From Cycas panzhihuaensis (Eukaryota > Plantae > Cycadophyta), in the NCBI GenBank assembly GCA_023213395.1, contig CM041465.1, forward strand, positions 120,163,741 through 120,227,740: 64,000 nt of DNA, read 5' to 3'. Shown in pieces: positions 9,702 through 21,899 of the stretch. The first letter of the stretch is position 1. Each line of letters starts with the position of its first letter. The position numbers and the translations under genes were made by a program. Below the pieces are notes generated by a model, which saw nothing but the letters and a program-made list of their open reading frames with translations, did no database searches and was not told the origin of the DNA.

Positions 9702-12700
9702 TGAAAGCACAATACCATAAATGCATTAAGCATAAGTAACAAAGAACTTCAAAGAATTCAAAGGACTCAAAGAGAAATAGGAGCAAGAACACAATACCAA
9801 AGATGAGGTGTTGGAATTAGTCCAACAACCAAAGAATGCCTTCAGCTTGATTAGCAAACTGATAGAATAACAATGAGCTCCAACTCTTGAATGAGCAACA
9901 ATGAGGAATAGGTCTCATTATATAGAATGAGATGAGAGACCTAAGGCCTTGGATGTTTGACAAGTGTCAAACATCCAAGATACATGCCTAGGATGATTGA
10001 CACGTGTCCTTTTGGAAGCTCTTTGTGTGAGCAAAAATGCAATGGGGTCATTTGACCCTCAAGTTACATAAGTGACAACATTGTGTCACTAGTCATAAAG
10101 TGGGTGTGTACTTTATCACTTAAGTGATAAAGTCACACCTAAAGTACAAAAGTGCACATGAGCATTAAAATGCACACATAATACAAAAATAGAAAGTACA
10201 TAAGCTTAACATATAAACATAAGGTAAACCATGAGGTTTAACACCCCCCCTTATTGTTTATAATGTTAAGTCGGACCCCTAGACCATCTCTAAATTTGAC
10301 AAATTTCTCTCTTCCAAGTGGCTTGGTAAAGATATCCACCGTCTGCTGCTCCGTTGGTCGATATTGAAGAGTGATCTCACCACTGTGTACGTGCTCCCTG
10401 ATGAAATGGTGGTGAAGTTCAATATGTTTGGTCCGTGCATGGAAGACTGGATTCTTAGTTAGCTTGAGGACACTCTAATTGTCACAATGAATACTAGTCG
10501 GCTGCTCCTGCTGAAATCCAAGCTCACCAAGAATCTGTCAAAGCCAGATAGCCTTGCAAGCTACGCTGACTTTGTACCGCTTGATGGAGGACAAGGTAAC
10601 ATTTGGTTGCTTCTTGCAACTCCATGAAACAGCTGCTGAACCAAGGGTAAAACAATAACCCGAGGTTGATTTCGCTATCCCGCATCCTGCCCAATCAGAA
10701 TCAGAGAACCCTTCCAAAGTGAAGTTCTCATTGTGTGCATACTCAAGTCCAAGCTACAATGTACCTTTGATGTACTTGAGTATGCGTATTGCTGCTTTCT
10801 AATGCTTCTAATTGGGTTGAGACATGAAACGAGAGCAAATCCCAACTGCAAATGAGATATCTGGATGAGTGTTGGTGAGATATATCAAACTATCAATCAA
10901 CTGTCGATAAAGAGTGGGATCTGCTGGTTCAGCTTCCTCATTAAGAGTAAGCTTGGTACCGTTCTCCATGGGCATGGGCGTCATCTTGCAGTCATGCATC
11001 CTGAATCTCTGCAATATGTCCCAAGAATATTTTGCTTGGGAAATGAAGATATAGCTTCGGTACATTGCCATACCTCAAAGCCTAAAAAATAATGGAGAAG
11101 TCCAAGATCAGTCATCTCGAAACTTCTCTTCAAATCATCCTGGAGAACATTGATGAGCTTAGTGTCATCACCATCTACATACAAGGCAATATAAATGACA
11201 TGGTGTTGTTCATGTTTGATATATAAGTTAGGATCTGATGTGGATCGATGAAACCCATGTCTCAAGAAGTATTCATCGATTTTTGCATACCATGCCCTAG
11301 GAGCTTGTTTCAAGCCATACAAAGCCTTCTTGAGGCGACATACCAAATGCTCCTTGCCTTGTTCTTTGTAACCAGGAGGTTGCTCCAAGTATACCTCCTC
11401 TTGAAGATCGCCATTTAGAAAGGCGCTCTTCACGTCCATCTTTTGCATTGTGCAACTAAGGCCATGAGAAGTCTGATGGTGTTCATGTTCGCTACAGGTA
11501 CAAAGGTCTCCTCATAATCAATTCCTTCCTTTTGCTTGAATCCCTTTGCTACAAGTCTTGCCTTCTGACGCTTGAGTGTCCCATCAGAATGAAATTTGGT
11601 CTTGTAGACCCATTTACAACTGATTGCTTGTTTGTGTGGAGGCAATTCGACCAAATCCATGTGCCGTTCTTGTGAATGGAGTGGATTTCCTCATCCATGG
11701 CAGCTTTCCAACTATCACTTTGTGAAGCCTCTGCAAAAATAGAAGGCTCATCAATAGAAAGCACTTCAGCCATAAGTGCAAAGTTTGTTTGCTGTCTATA
11801 CTTAGATGGACGTTTCCCTTCAATGATATGACCATCCTGTACCATTTGAGTATACCACTTAGGTAACTTCTGAAATGATGTGGCATGAACCTCAATGTCT
11901 TCTGGTCTAAGTGAATGATCAACAGAAGATGAAGTGGAAGGTTCAAGTGGAGCAGATGAAGATGAAGTAGATGGTATAGGAGGTGCAGATGAAGAACATG
12001 ATGTATAAGATTGAGAGGAAGGGAAGTCCTCAATAATCTTTTTACCTTTGTCAATGGGGGGTTGGATTGATGCCATATCCAACTCTTTCTGATCATTCTC
12101 AACAAAGATTACATCTCTTGAGAGATGCATTTTTCTCCCAACTAGATCATACAACTTGTAGGCTTTGCTATGGATTGCATATCCTACAAAGATGCATTTA
12201 AGACTATGTTTGTCCAACTTTGTTCTTTGTTGATCTGGTATGTGCATATACGCAGTGCACCCAAATGTCCTCAAATGGCTAATAGTTGGCTTCTTACCAG
12301 TCCATGCCTCCTCAGGTGTGATGTCGGTGACTGCTGTTGTAGGACTCTGATTGGCCACATAGGCTACTGTGTGAAATGCTTCGGCCCAGTAAGCTCTTAG
12401 AAGTCCTTTTGCATGCATCGTCGTTTTGGCTTTATTAGCCAAAGTTCTGTTCATCCTTTCGGAGACTCCATTTTGTTGAGGAGTATGAGGAGCTGTGAGT
12501 TGTCTCTGAATTCCATTATCCTTGCAGAATTGGTTGAATTCATTAGAAGTGAATTCACCTCATTATCTGACCTTAATGTGCCAATTGAGTAGCCAGATTC
12601 ATTTTCTACTTCCGCCTTAAACTCTTTGAACTTGGAGAAGGCCTCTGATTTTTGCTTTAGGAAGTAGACCCAGACTTTGTGAGAGAAGTCATCAATGAAA

Positions 12701-14997
12701 GATATGTAATACAATGCTCCTCCAAAGGATTGAGTGGACATGGGTCCACACAAGTCTGAGTGAATTAACTACAATGGATAAGATGCACGCCATGCTTTGC
12801 CTTTAGGAAAAGGCAATCGATGTTGTGTCCCCATTATGCAAGCTTCGCAAAGACATTTTGAACCATACATCTTTGGAAGCCCATACACCATGTTTTTTCT
12901 TATCATCTGCTTCAAATTGTCTAGGCTTAAGTGACCTAGGCGTTGATGCCATAATTGAATTTTCGACAAAGATATAGAACCAGAATAAGCAGAATCAAGT
13001 GTAATGTTATTGGCATCCAACTTATAAAGACCTTGATCCTCATAGGCAACAGCTACGATCTGGTCATCTTTGTCACTAATGATACATTTCCCATTTTTGA
13101 ATAGTACGCTCATCTGTTGCTTGTCCAACTGGCTAACAGATAGCAGATTCTTCTCCATGGAAGGAATGAAGTAGGCATCACTATTGGGAAATGATGAGGA
13201 AGGATTTTGTGAAGAATGAAAAGGAGCTATGGTGCCTATTCCTGAAATCTCAACTAATTCATTGTTTCCAAAGGTCACTGATTGACCTTTACCTTCCTTA
13301 ATGTTGCATAGGAGTTCTTCACTCCCCATCATATGTTGAGAAGCTCCTAAATTGACGATCCAAGTGTGATCAACATTGGATGGCGGTATCATAAAAGCAG
13401 TTTGTCTTCATTGGCAAACTGATTAAAGTGGCGTTGGTAGCCACCTCTTTGACCCCCCCTTCCTCTTGGACCTCCTCGATAGGCACCTCAATTTGGTCGA
13501 GGGGGATTCTGCTGCTGATCTGGCTACTTAAATCTTTGTTGGAACTGTTGCCTTGGCAGCTGTTGTCTTTGACCTTGTGGTCATGGTCGCCGCTGTTGCC
13601 ATAGATCCGCCTCGCTTCTTTCTCGCAATCGTGCAATGTGGCCGGGTTTACCACACACGACACACAACATTGGACTTAGAAGATCCAATGTTCATGTTTC
13701 CAAACTGCTTTGTGAATGCAGGTTTGGAGTTTTGATTTGCCTTTGCCTTGACTGTGAAAGCACCTGTTGTAGATGGTTCTTCATTATCCTTTGCATAAAT
13801 TTGTTCTTCTTGAAGCAATAAGCTTTCAAGTTCATTGAATGTCATATGCTTTAGTAAACCATCTCGTGTGGTTGATGATATGAAGCCGTTGTAGTCTTTT
13901 GGCAATGCCTTTGTGATGGATGTGATGATTTCATCCCTTGTAGCAGGACTACCTAAAGTACTCAATTCATTACAAACCTCCTTAATGGAGGACAAGAATG
14001 CCAACATTGGCTTTACAAATTTGATAGAATACAATTTGGCTTTTATCATCAAAATGCGAGCTTCATCTTGCCTTTCATACAAAGAGGACAATGTGTCCCA
14101 TGCTTCTTTAGAAGATTTGGCAGAAGAAATATTCTGATCTACATGTACATCCACAATCATATGAATAAATGCCAAAGCAATTTTGTCTTTGGCCTCCCAA
14201 GCAGCAACACGTTCATAATCAACTTGAATTTCATCATCAACAAGTGCAGGATTGGGGATTCTTCCAGAAACATATCCCCAAAATTCATTCATTATCAAGA
14301 GATTTTGTGTGAGTCTTTTCCATTCTTGATAATGTGTTTGTCCTGTTAGCCTTATGGTGTATGCATTGAGCATGTTTATGGCAGTCATCTTTCCACTTGT
14401 TTACAAGCTAACAAATAACTTGGTAACTTCAAAGCTTTGTCGCTTAAGTTCCACCTTCTAACAACACCACCAGTCCTGATTTTATAAGAAGATCCAACAA
14501 CTGGTGGAGTGATGAGGGGTGGAGGACTTCGGCTATTGAGTTGGTCCAAAGTTAAATGTAGCAGAGGCAAGGATTCAACTTTTTTCGAGCCTCTCCAGCC
14601 AGATTTAAAATTCACTTTTAGAAAATTTTAAGTGAATTTTTAGAGTCCTTTTACTTGGATTTTGATGCTATGAAATTAGCTTACAATGAATGCTTTTTAA
14701 GAAGCAATTACATGAGAGAATGAGCACTTTTATTAAGTGATTTTTAAGTGCTTTGTGATCCAAGTAAAGTGCTTTGAATGCTTGAGTACAATGATGTAAG
14801 TACTTTGAGTACTTAGTGAAAAAATGATGCAAAAAACCTTTGATGAGGATAACAGAAGGATAACAGAAGTGGGCTCTTTTTAACCCTCCAAATCCGATGT
14901 AATGAAGAAGCCACTAGCCAAGTGTACTCAAAAGTGCTCCAAAGCCAACATGAACTCCAAGCAGCAAGTTGTTGAGACTTTAAAATAGTCTCAACAG
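9702..14997 (-). mobile_element. Ty1/copia element B: 3' LTR 9702-10243, PPT 10244-10254, gag-pol, partial leader; 5' LTR and PBS missing
   Basis: Domain order gag-PR-IN-RT-RH on the - strand; G7 PPT adjacent to TGTTAAACC; LTR ends TTTCA. Confidence 0.93.
10270..14388 (-). pseudogene. gag-pol: Copia gag-pol with frameshifts and small deletions
   Basis: WIVNLGASQHM (PR), LWHQRLGH and FIDDFS (IN), [19 protein letters not shown] and LYGLKQAPRAW (RT), RTKHIE and DIFTKPL (RH). Confidence 0.95.
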
Positions 14998-15004
14998 GTT
15001 GTCC

Positions 15005-18000
15005 ATGCCACCAAGAGTTAGTTCTGCAAGAAAAATAGAAATGAGGCAAAAACGAGGCCAGCATTGGGAGATCGAGCAACTTCAAGACGGAGTCCACAAG
15101 CCAAAGGAACCCGTAGAGAAGAAGGAGGCTAGGAAAAGACAACCTACGAAATGTGGATAGGAGAGAAGTCCGACTTCAAAGGAACTGGATGGATGCAACG
15201 AACTGAAAGAAATTGAGGTGACAGAAGAACAACCAACTGATGTTCAACAAAAAGACGAAGGAGAGAAAACGAAAATATACCAGAGGTGCGTAGAGGACAT
15301 AAACCCAAGGAAAGAAGAAAATTGCCAAGGAAATCTTGAAGAAATTGCAATTTCAAACATAGAAGAATTAGGAAAGTCAGTAAAATTTGAGGTGTACAGT
15401 ACCACCAGTGCTGAGTGGGATTGCCACGTTGTGGAGATAAAGGACTCTCACTCTCATGTCCTGAATCCCCTATTCAACAAGATGGGAGAAATATTGGCAA
15501 GTTCCATCTTCTCAAGACCGTTCACACAAACAAGGAGGAAGTCTAGGGCAAATGTGAAGCACAAGCGAAGGTTCTCCCAATCCTGGGAATTTCTTTTCAA
15601 ATGGAGGAGGGACCAGTTCAACAAATGCAAATAAAACATCTCAGAGTGGACCAATCGCGGGAGGAATGACAACTTTTGGGCAAGGGAATATAATGGCAAA
15701 TATGACAGAAAGAAAACAATTGGACCCTGCATATGTCATTATTCATAATGATGCCGCATTTGGGAACTTGTAATTTGACGGATCACACGACCCAAGAGAT
15801 CATTTAGCACTTTTCCCCAACATGTTAAAGATTAAAAGAATTCGAGATCCGAAGGAAATTAAAGCTCGATTCTTTTCGACACTAAGAAGAGTAGCAATCA
15901 CCTAGTACCAATATATCTTGATTGCAAATCCAACGTGAGAGCAATGTCAAACATAATTCCTGGATAGATTTCAAAGATTAAGGAATCCAATGGCAATTTT
16001 TCAAGCTTTAGAAGTGATTTGACAGATTCCAGGAGAGTCGATAAGCGATTTTGATGGAAGATTAAGAATAATTATGAACAAAATGGATCCCTCGACCGCT
16101 ATAAATCCCATATTATTTTTCAAGTATTTTGTCCAAGGTCTCTTACCACAATTGAAGGAAAAGGTTATTCTACACCCAATGAATAGCTATGAACAAGTAA
16201 GAAAACTAGCTTTAAATTTTGAAAATCAAATGAAGACGGGATATTTACAACCAGGGTTGCAGATAGGTACATTAGAAACGAATTTACAAATCCTTGGACA
16301 AGCAGCAGCCACTACAAATTCCCTATTATATCATGCTCTGCATATGGGGATGAACCCAGAACTTGAGGCATTAAAAAGAGAAATTGAGGCCCTAAAGCAG
16401 TAACCTCTAGTATCTCTTCCCTTAGCGATGCAACAAAGCCAAGAAATCGAGAAGCTAAAATCAGACTTGGCAAAACTTAAGATGGAGAAGGCACGGGACA
16501 ACGTGTGGTGTCCCCCACCCTAGGGCCAAGCTGGTCACTCGAGGAATGAGCATTAGCAAGCCCCAAAGAATAAATGGTATGAGGTCTGTGGACGAGGCAA
16601 TCATAACATTTGGGAGTGTTATCATAGACCATCTTCAACTAAGATACGGGATTCTTTCTATCAAAAACTTGAACAAAGTTCCTTCAAATAATACCAAAGG
16701 GAAGACTAAGCCTATCCAGTGCCACTTATGCTCAAAATAGGGCCACTATCGAGCAAATTGTCTGTTACAAAAATAGGATGGAGATTATATTTGTGAGGAA
16801 TGTGGTCCAGCGGATCATGATTGGAGTAATTGCCCAAAGAATCCCAGTTTGAAGGTACAAAGCTCCAATCTTGCAACAAAAATCCCAAATGAGGAGCAAC
16901 CAATATAGGTGCAAAAAAGGAGCCGAAAGGCAACCTACACTCTAGTAGCAAGAAATTACCTGGATCCTGTTCTTGAAAAGAAAAGACTCAAGGAGGTGGT
17001 CCAAGCTCTTCAGGATGCCATGAAGATTGTCCATCAAGAGGAAACACAGCAAGCAAATAGATTCAAAGACAACATTTCAAGTGGAGCAAACAGAGGTAAA
17101 TCCTTAGCAAAAGCTGCAATCGATGAAAGATCTTTTAATGGAATTAGGAATTCCGATTCCCATTGCTATTGTCTTCAAATGGTGGGAAGCAGGATATTTC
17201 CAGTAGGTTGTGCTGGATCAGATTAAAAACTGGTGTTGAGAGCCTTAAAAACAGATGCAAGAGATCCAAGGGTTCCAATGACTATATTTGGGACAACAAT
17301 TTGCAAAAAGATAGTAGGTGGTGTTTCAAGAGTAAATGTACTCCCTGAAACAACTTGGATCTCCTTGGGATGACCAGGCGTGGTTTCTCTAGAATATTCA
17401 ATACGACTAGCTAACCAGCCTCAAGTTAGGCCAATGGGCACATTGTTGAGTGTATTGGTGACAATTGCAGGCATCACGGTGCGGTTAGATTTTGTAGTAG
17501 TGAAAATGCAAAATCATAGAAAGACATACCCTATGTTGCTAGGAAGGCCTTGGTTGTTAGCAACCAAAGCATTGCAAAACTGGGGAAAGTTAACCTTTAC
17601 ATTGTATCCAACAGGGAAAAAGGTGACACTTCCACTCTACTCAAGCGAACCTCAAATTGAGAAAGTCAAAGATATAGACACAGCATCAACAACGACAACA
17701 ACACCAACAACCACGATAAGTCCCTGCTCAAAAACAGTGTATCAAGCTTTGAAGACCCCACCAAATTTACCCAGTGAAGCCTCATCGGTGTACGTACTGG
17801 ATTGGCTCCAGACAGCATGGAAAGAGTTTGAAGGTGAGGCAACGAGTTGTTATTGATTGGATCTAGGCCAAGACAATTCGAATTTAGAAGAAGACAATGA
17901 AACAAAGCATGTTGTAGCAAATGAAGAATCAGAAAGTTCGAAAGGGGCACATGAAACTTGGGCAAGTTGTTCAAAGAAAGAATCGTGGAAAGAAGACCAA

Positions 18001-21000
18001 GAAAATGTCCAAATAACTTTAACGAATTTCTTGGGAATTTGCCTCAATTTTGGGGTAAAAATAGAAAGGTAGAAAGATATATAAAAGAATGTACCAAACT
18101 TTTTAAGAATAAAAAGATTGATTGGCTATATCTGTTTCCTTTCTCCTTGGATGGTCAAGCTTTAACTTGGTTTGAAGCACACAAAGCACAATTTTGTAAT
18201 TGGGAAAAGATGGGGACAATATTCTTAATCTGATTCCAAAAACAAAATAATAGGCTGCCCATATTTAGAACTGATCCTGAATAACATGTTCAGAGTTGTG
18301 TAAAAATTTGAGAGCAAGATCAGAATCCAAAATGGAAATGGGTACACCAATTGCCCATATACCTGACAGGTACCAATTTAATCTGGTATTTAGATGGAGA
18401 GACAAAATAAAGAAAACTGGGAATGGGATATACTAGCTAGAAGTTTTGTACAAACATTTTCCTTTTACAGTCCAAACAAAGCAATTCATAAAATTTTGTC
18501 GGCTATAAAAGAAACAGTTGTAAAGTCTGTAGGGGATTGTTATCAAATAGAAAAAGAACAGTAATCTGAATCTAGTTCAATATTGGAAGAGAAGGGTGAG
18601 GAACAATTAAGAGCCTTTCCCCCATCTTATTCCAAATTGGAATATGGACAGCAAGAAATCAGTCAAACCTCGACGTATGAACTATAGCCTAATGGAAAGG
18701 CAGTCCAAGGGAAGGATCTTCAATTAAAGAAGATCAATATTGGAACTGAGATAGAACCTAGATTGATCACCATAGGCAACTATTGGGACTAGGAAATAAT
18801 TTAGCAAGCAACAACTCTTTTTATGGAATATAAGGATGTCTTTGCATGGTCCTATAAGGACCTAAAGGGGATTCCCCCCGAGCTCAAAGAACATAAAATT
18901 ACGCTATTGGAAAACACAAAACCAGCCATGCAGAGGCCCTCTATAATGAACCCAAAATACAAGGAGCTACTCAAAGCTAAGTTAGATAAACTATTGGCAG
19001 CAAGATACATTTTTTAAGTAGAAAATAGTGAATGGATCAACCCAATAGTGGTTGTACCAAACAAAAATGGGAAATTGTGAGTCTGTGTGGATTATAGGGC
19101 TTTGAATAAAGCCACTAAAAGAGATCATTTTCCCATCCCATTCACAGAAGATGTGTTGGAGGTGGTCATTAGGTACGAAGTCTTCTCATTCATAGAAGGG
19201 TTCAGCAGCTATAATTAGGTCAAGATAGCCCCTAAAGACCAATTAAAGACCACTTTTATAACCAAATAGTGCACGTATGCATATCGTGTAATGCCATTTG
19301 GATGCACAAATACGCCTGCTACTTTCCAAAGTGTTATTTTAAATATTTTTAGAGATGTGATAGGAAAAACCATCGAAGTTTACCTACATGACTGGACACT
19401 CTATAGCTTGTTGAAGATTCATTTGAGCAACTTATGCTTAATGCTGGAAATTTACAAGGAAAGTAAACTTTGCTTGAATCCAAAAAAGTGTATCATTATG
19501 GTACCATTCGATTCGTTGCTCAGGCACATCGTAACAGAGGAAGGAATACTAAGAGATCCGATGAAAGTATCAATTATTTTGAATGTTCCAATGCCACAAA
19601 ATGCAAAGAATCTAAAAGGATTTTTGGGAATGATAGGATACTACCACAAATTCATACGCCAATATGCCCAAATTGCCCATCCTTTAGAAGTGTTGTTAAA
19701 CAAAACAGTATTGTGGGAGTGGACACTGAAACAACAATTGACATTTAACCTTTTGAAGAAAAAGGTAGTTGAAGCCCCTGTGTTGAGGTTTCCTGACTGG
19801 GAGAGACCATTTCAAGTCCATGTAGATGCCTCAATGCATGCCATTGGATGTGTCTTAGCCCAACTGACGGATGAAAAAGTATATCTTCCTATTTATTTTG
19901 CAAGCAGGAAGCTGACCTCATTCGAACGCAATTATTTAGTCATAGAAAGGGAAGGACTAGGCATGGTATATGCCCTACAGAAGTTCAGACATTATCTGTT
20001 GGCTAGTCCCTTTGTGTTTTCTGCAGACCACCAAGCTTTGCAGTATTAAATTAACAAGCCAATTCTTCAAAGAAGAATCAACCATTAGCTCATGCTCTTC
20101 CAGGAGTTTATGTTCAAAATTGTGTTAAAGAAAAGAGAAAAACATGTTATGTTTTATTAGCTTTCAAGAATTGGAGGAGGAGAAGCAACAACAAGAGTGG
20201 TCGATGACTTTCCAAATCATAAGCTCTTTTCGATCGAAGCCATCCCTTCTTGGTATGAGAGAATTGCTGAATATTTGACAACAGGATAAGCGTTGAGGTG
20301 AATGGATAGAACATAGAGAAGAAGTTTCATCAAAAAAGTATTTTGCCTTCCAGCTAGTACATGGTATGCTCTATAAGCTAGGACCAGATGAAGTGCTGAG
20401 GAGATGCATCCTAGAACATGAGGTGCAAGTTGTGCTTAGGGAAGCTCACGAAGGTGCAACATCTGCTCACCATGGGAGTGAAGCAAGAAAGGTGCTACTA
20501 GTTGGCTTGTGGTAGACAACCTTATTCGAGCATGGAGAGAAATGGATGAAAACTTATGATGTGTGTCAACGAACAGGTAAGCCCTCCAAGTCAAATTATT
20601 TACCATTGCACCCAATCCTAGCCAAAGCTCCACTTGAAAAATGGGGGCTAGATTTTATGGGTTCGATCAAGCCACCTACTAGAAGGACAAATGCCCGATA
20701 TATCCTAGTAGCCACAGACTTTGTGACTAAATGGACAAAGGTGAAGCCCACAAGGCAGTGTGATGCTAAAAGCACCACCAAAGTTTTGTATGAAGTTATC
20801 ATAGTACATTTTGGATGCCCTCTGGAAATCGTATCTGACCAAGGTAGTAGTTTTTGGAATAAAACCATTAAACATCTTATGCCGGAATTTCTAATTGATC
20901 ATGGTAGATCCTCACCTTATTATCCAAGGGCAAATGGACAAGTGGAGAGCATTAATAAGATCTTAAAAATTGCTTTGATGAAGATCTATAGTTCAAAATG

Positions 21001-21486
21001 CATAAACTAAGCAAACAAGCTCCATTCGGTTATGTGGGCAGATAGAACAATAAGAAAACGTCCTCACAAACGTAGTCCTTTCCAACTGGTATATGGGTTG
21101 GAGGTAGTAGTTCCCCTAGAATTTCAAGTAGAAAGCATTCAAGTAGCTCAACGGGTAAGGCTCGAAGAAAAGGAATCCTACAATCAGCGTCTAATCCAAT
21201 TGTTGAAATTGGATGAAGAATAGGCAAGACCTATGTGGGAGCTATATGCTAAAAAAAAAAAACAAAAGGAAAGCCTGACATGATCGACATCTAAAAGCAC
21301 CCCAGTACCAAAACAATGATTTGGTTCTATTGTATGATAGCAAATTTAAAATTAAACCAGGTAAAATAAAGTTCAGATGGCATGGGCCATATAAGGTCAA
21401 TCAAATATGTGAAAATGAAGCAGTTGGACGGTAAGCTATTGAGAAAACTTGTCAACGATATCAGGTTGAAATTATATACAGACTAA
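15005..21486 (+). pseudogene. gag-pol: Gypsy gag-pol with two additional capsid-like domains between PR and RT
   Basis: ORF-track fragments plus manual read-through of stops and frameshifts. Confidence 0.85.
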
Positions 21487-21565
21487 AGAAAAAGAGAGAG
21501 AGAGAGAGCATTTGACCCAAAGGGGAGTGGCAATTATCAATTCATAATCTTGATGCATAGGTCGC

Positions 21566-21734
21566 GTCACGGTGGTGGTATAATTAAAATAAAGGATAGC
21601 ACATGCCATCATGAAAATGATTGTGTCATGGTAGTTGATGGTCACAATTAAACAAGGGGAAATGCGGCATCATGAAAATGACCATGTCACAGTGGATGAT
21701 GATTGCGATTAAATGGTGGGGAATATGCCATCAT
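21566..21734. repeat. About 60-bp imperfect tandem repeat (3 units) downstream of pol in C
   Basis: GTCA.GGT....ATTAAA....ATGCCATCAT(GAAAATGA) units. Confidence 0.8.
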
Positions 21735-21899
21735 AAATACAATGGATTAAGTACCATAATCATGAATTGATAACAAAATCAACAGCCAATCTACAATGTA
21801 GATAAGCAGTTATGAGAACCACCTCAATTCTTTTAAATAAATCAATCGGTATTGATAGTTCCTAGTTCGGAGCGAAAGACTTGGCACAAGAGTAAAGCA

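Noticed and set aside
14385-14615. Upstream ORF overlapping the gag start of B by ATGA
   Set aside because: GTG start and frame not conserved in A or H; the shared motifs are nucleotide-level.
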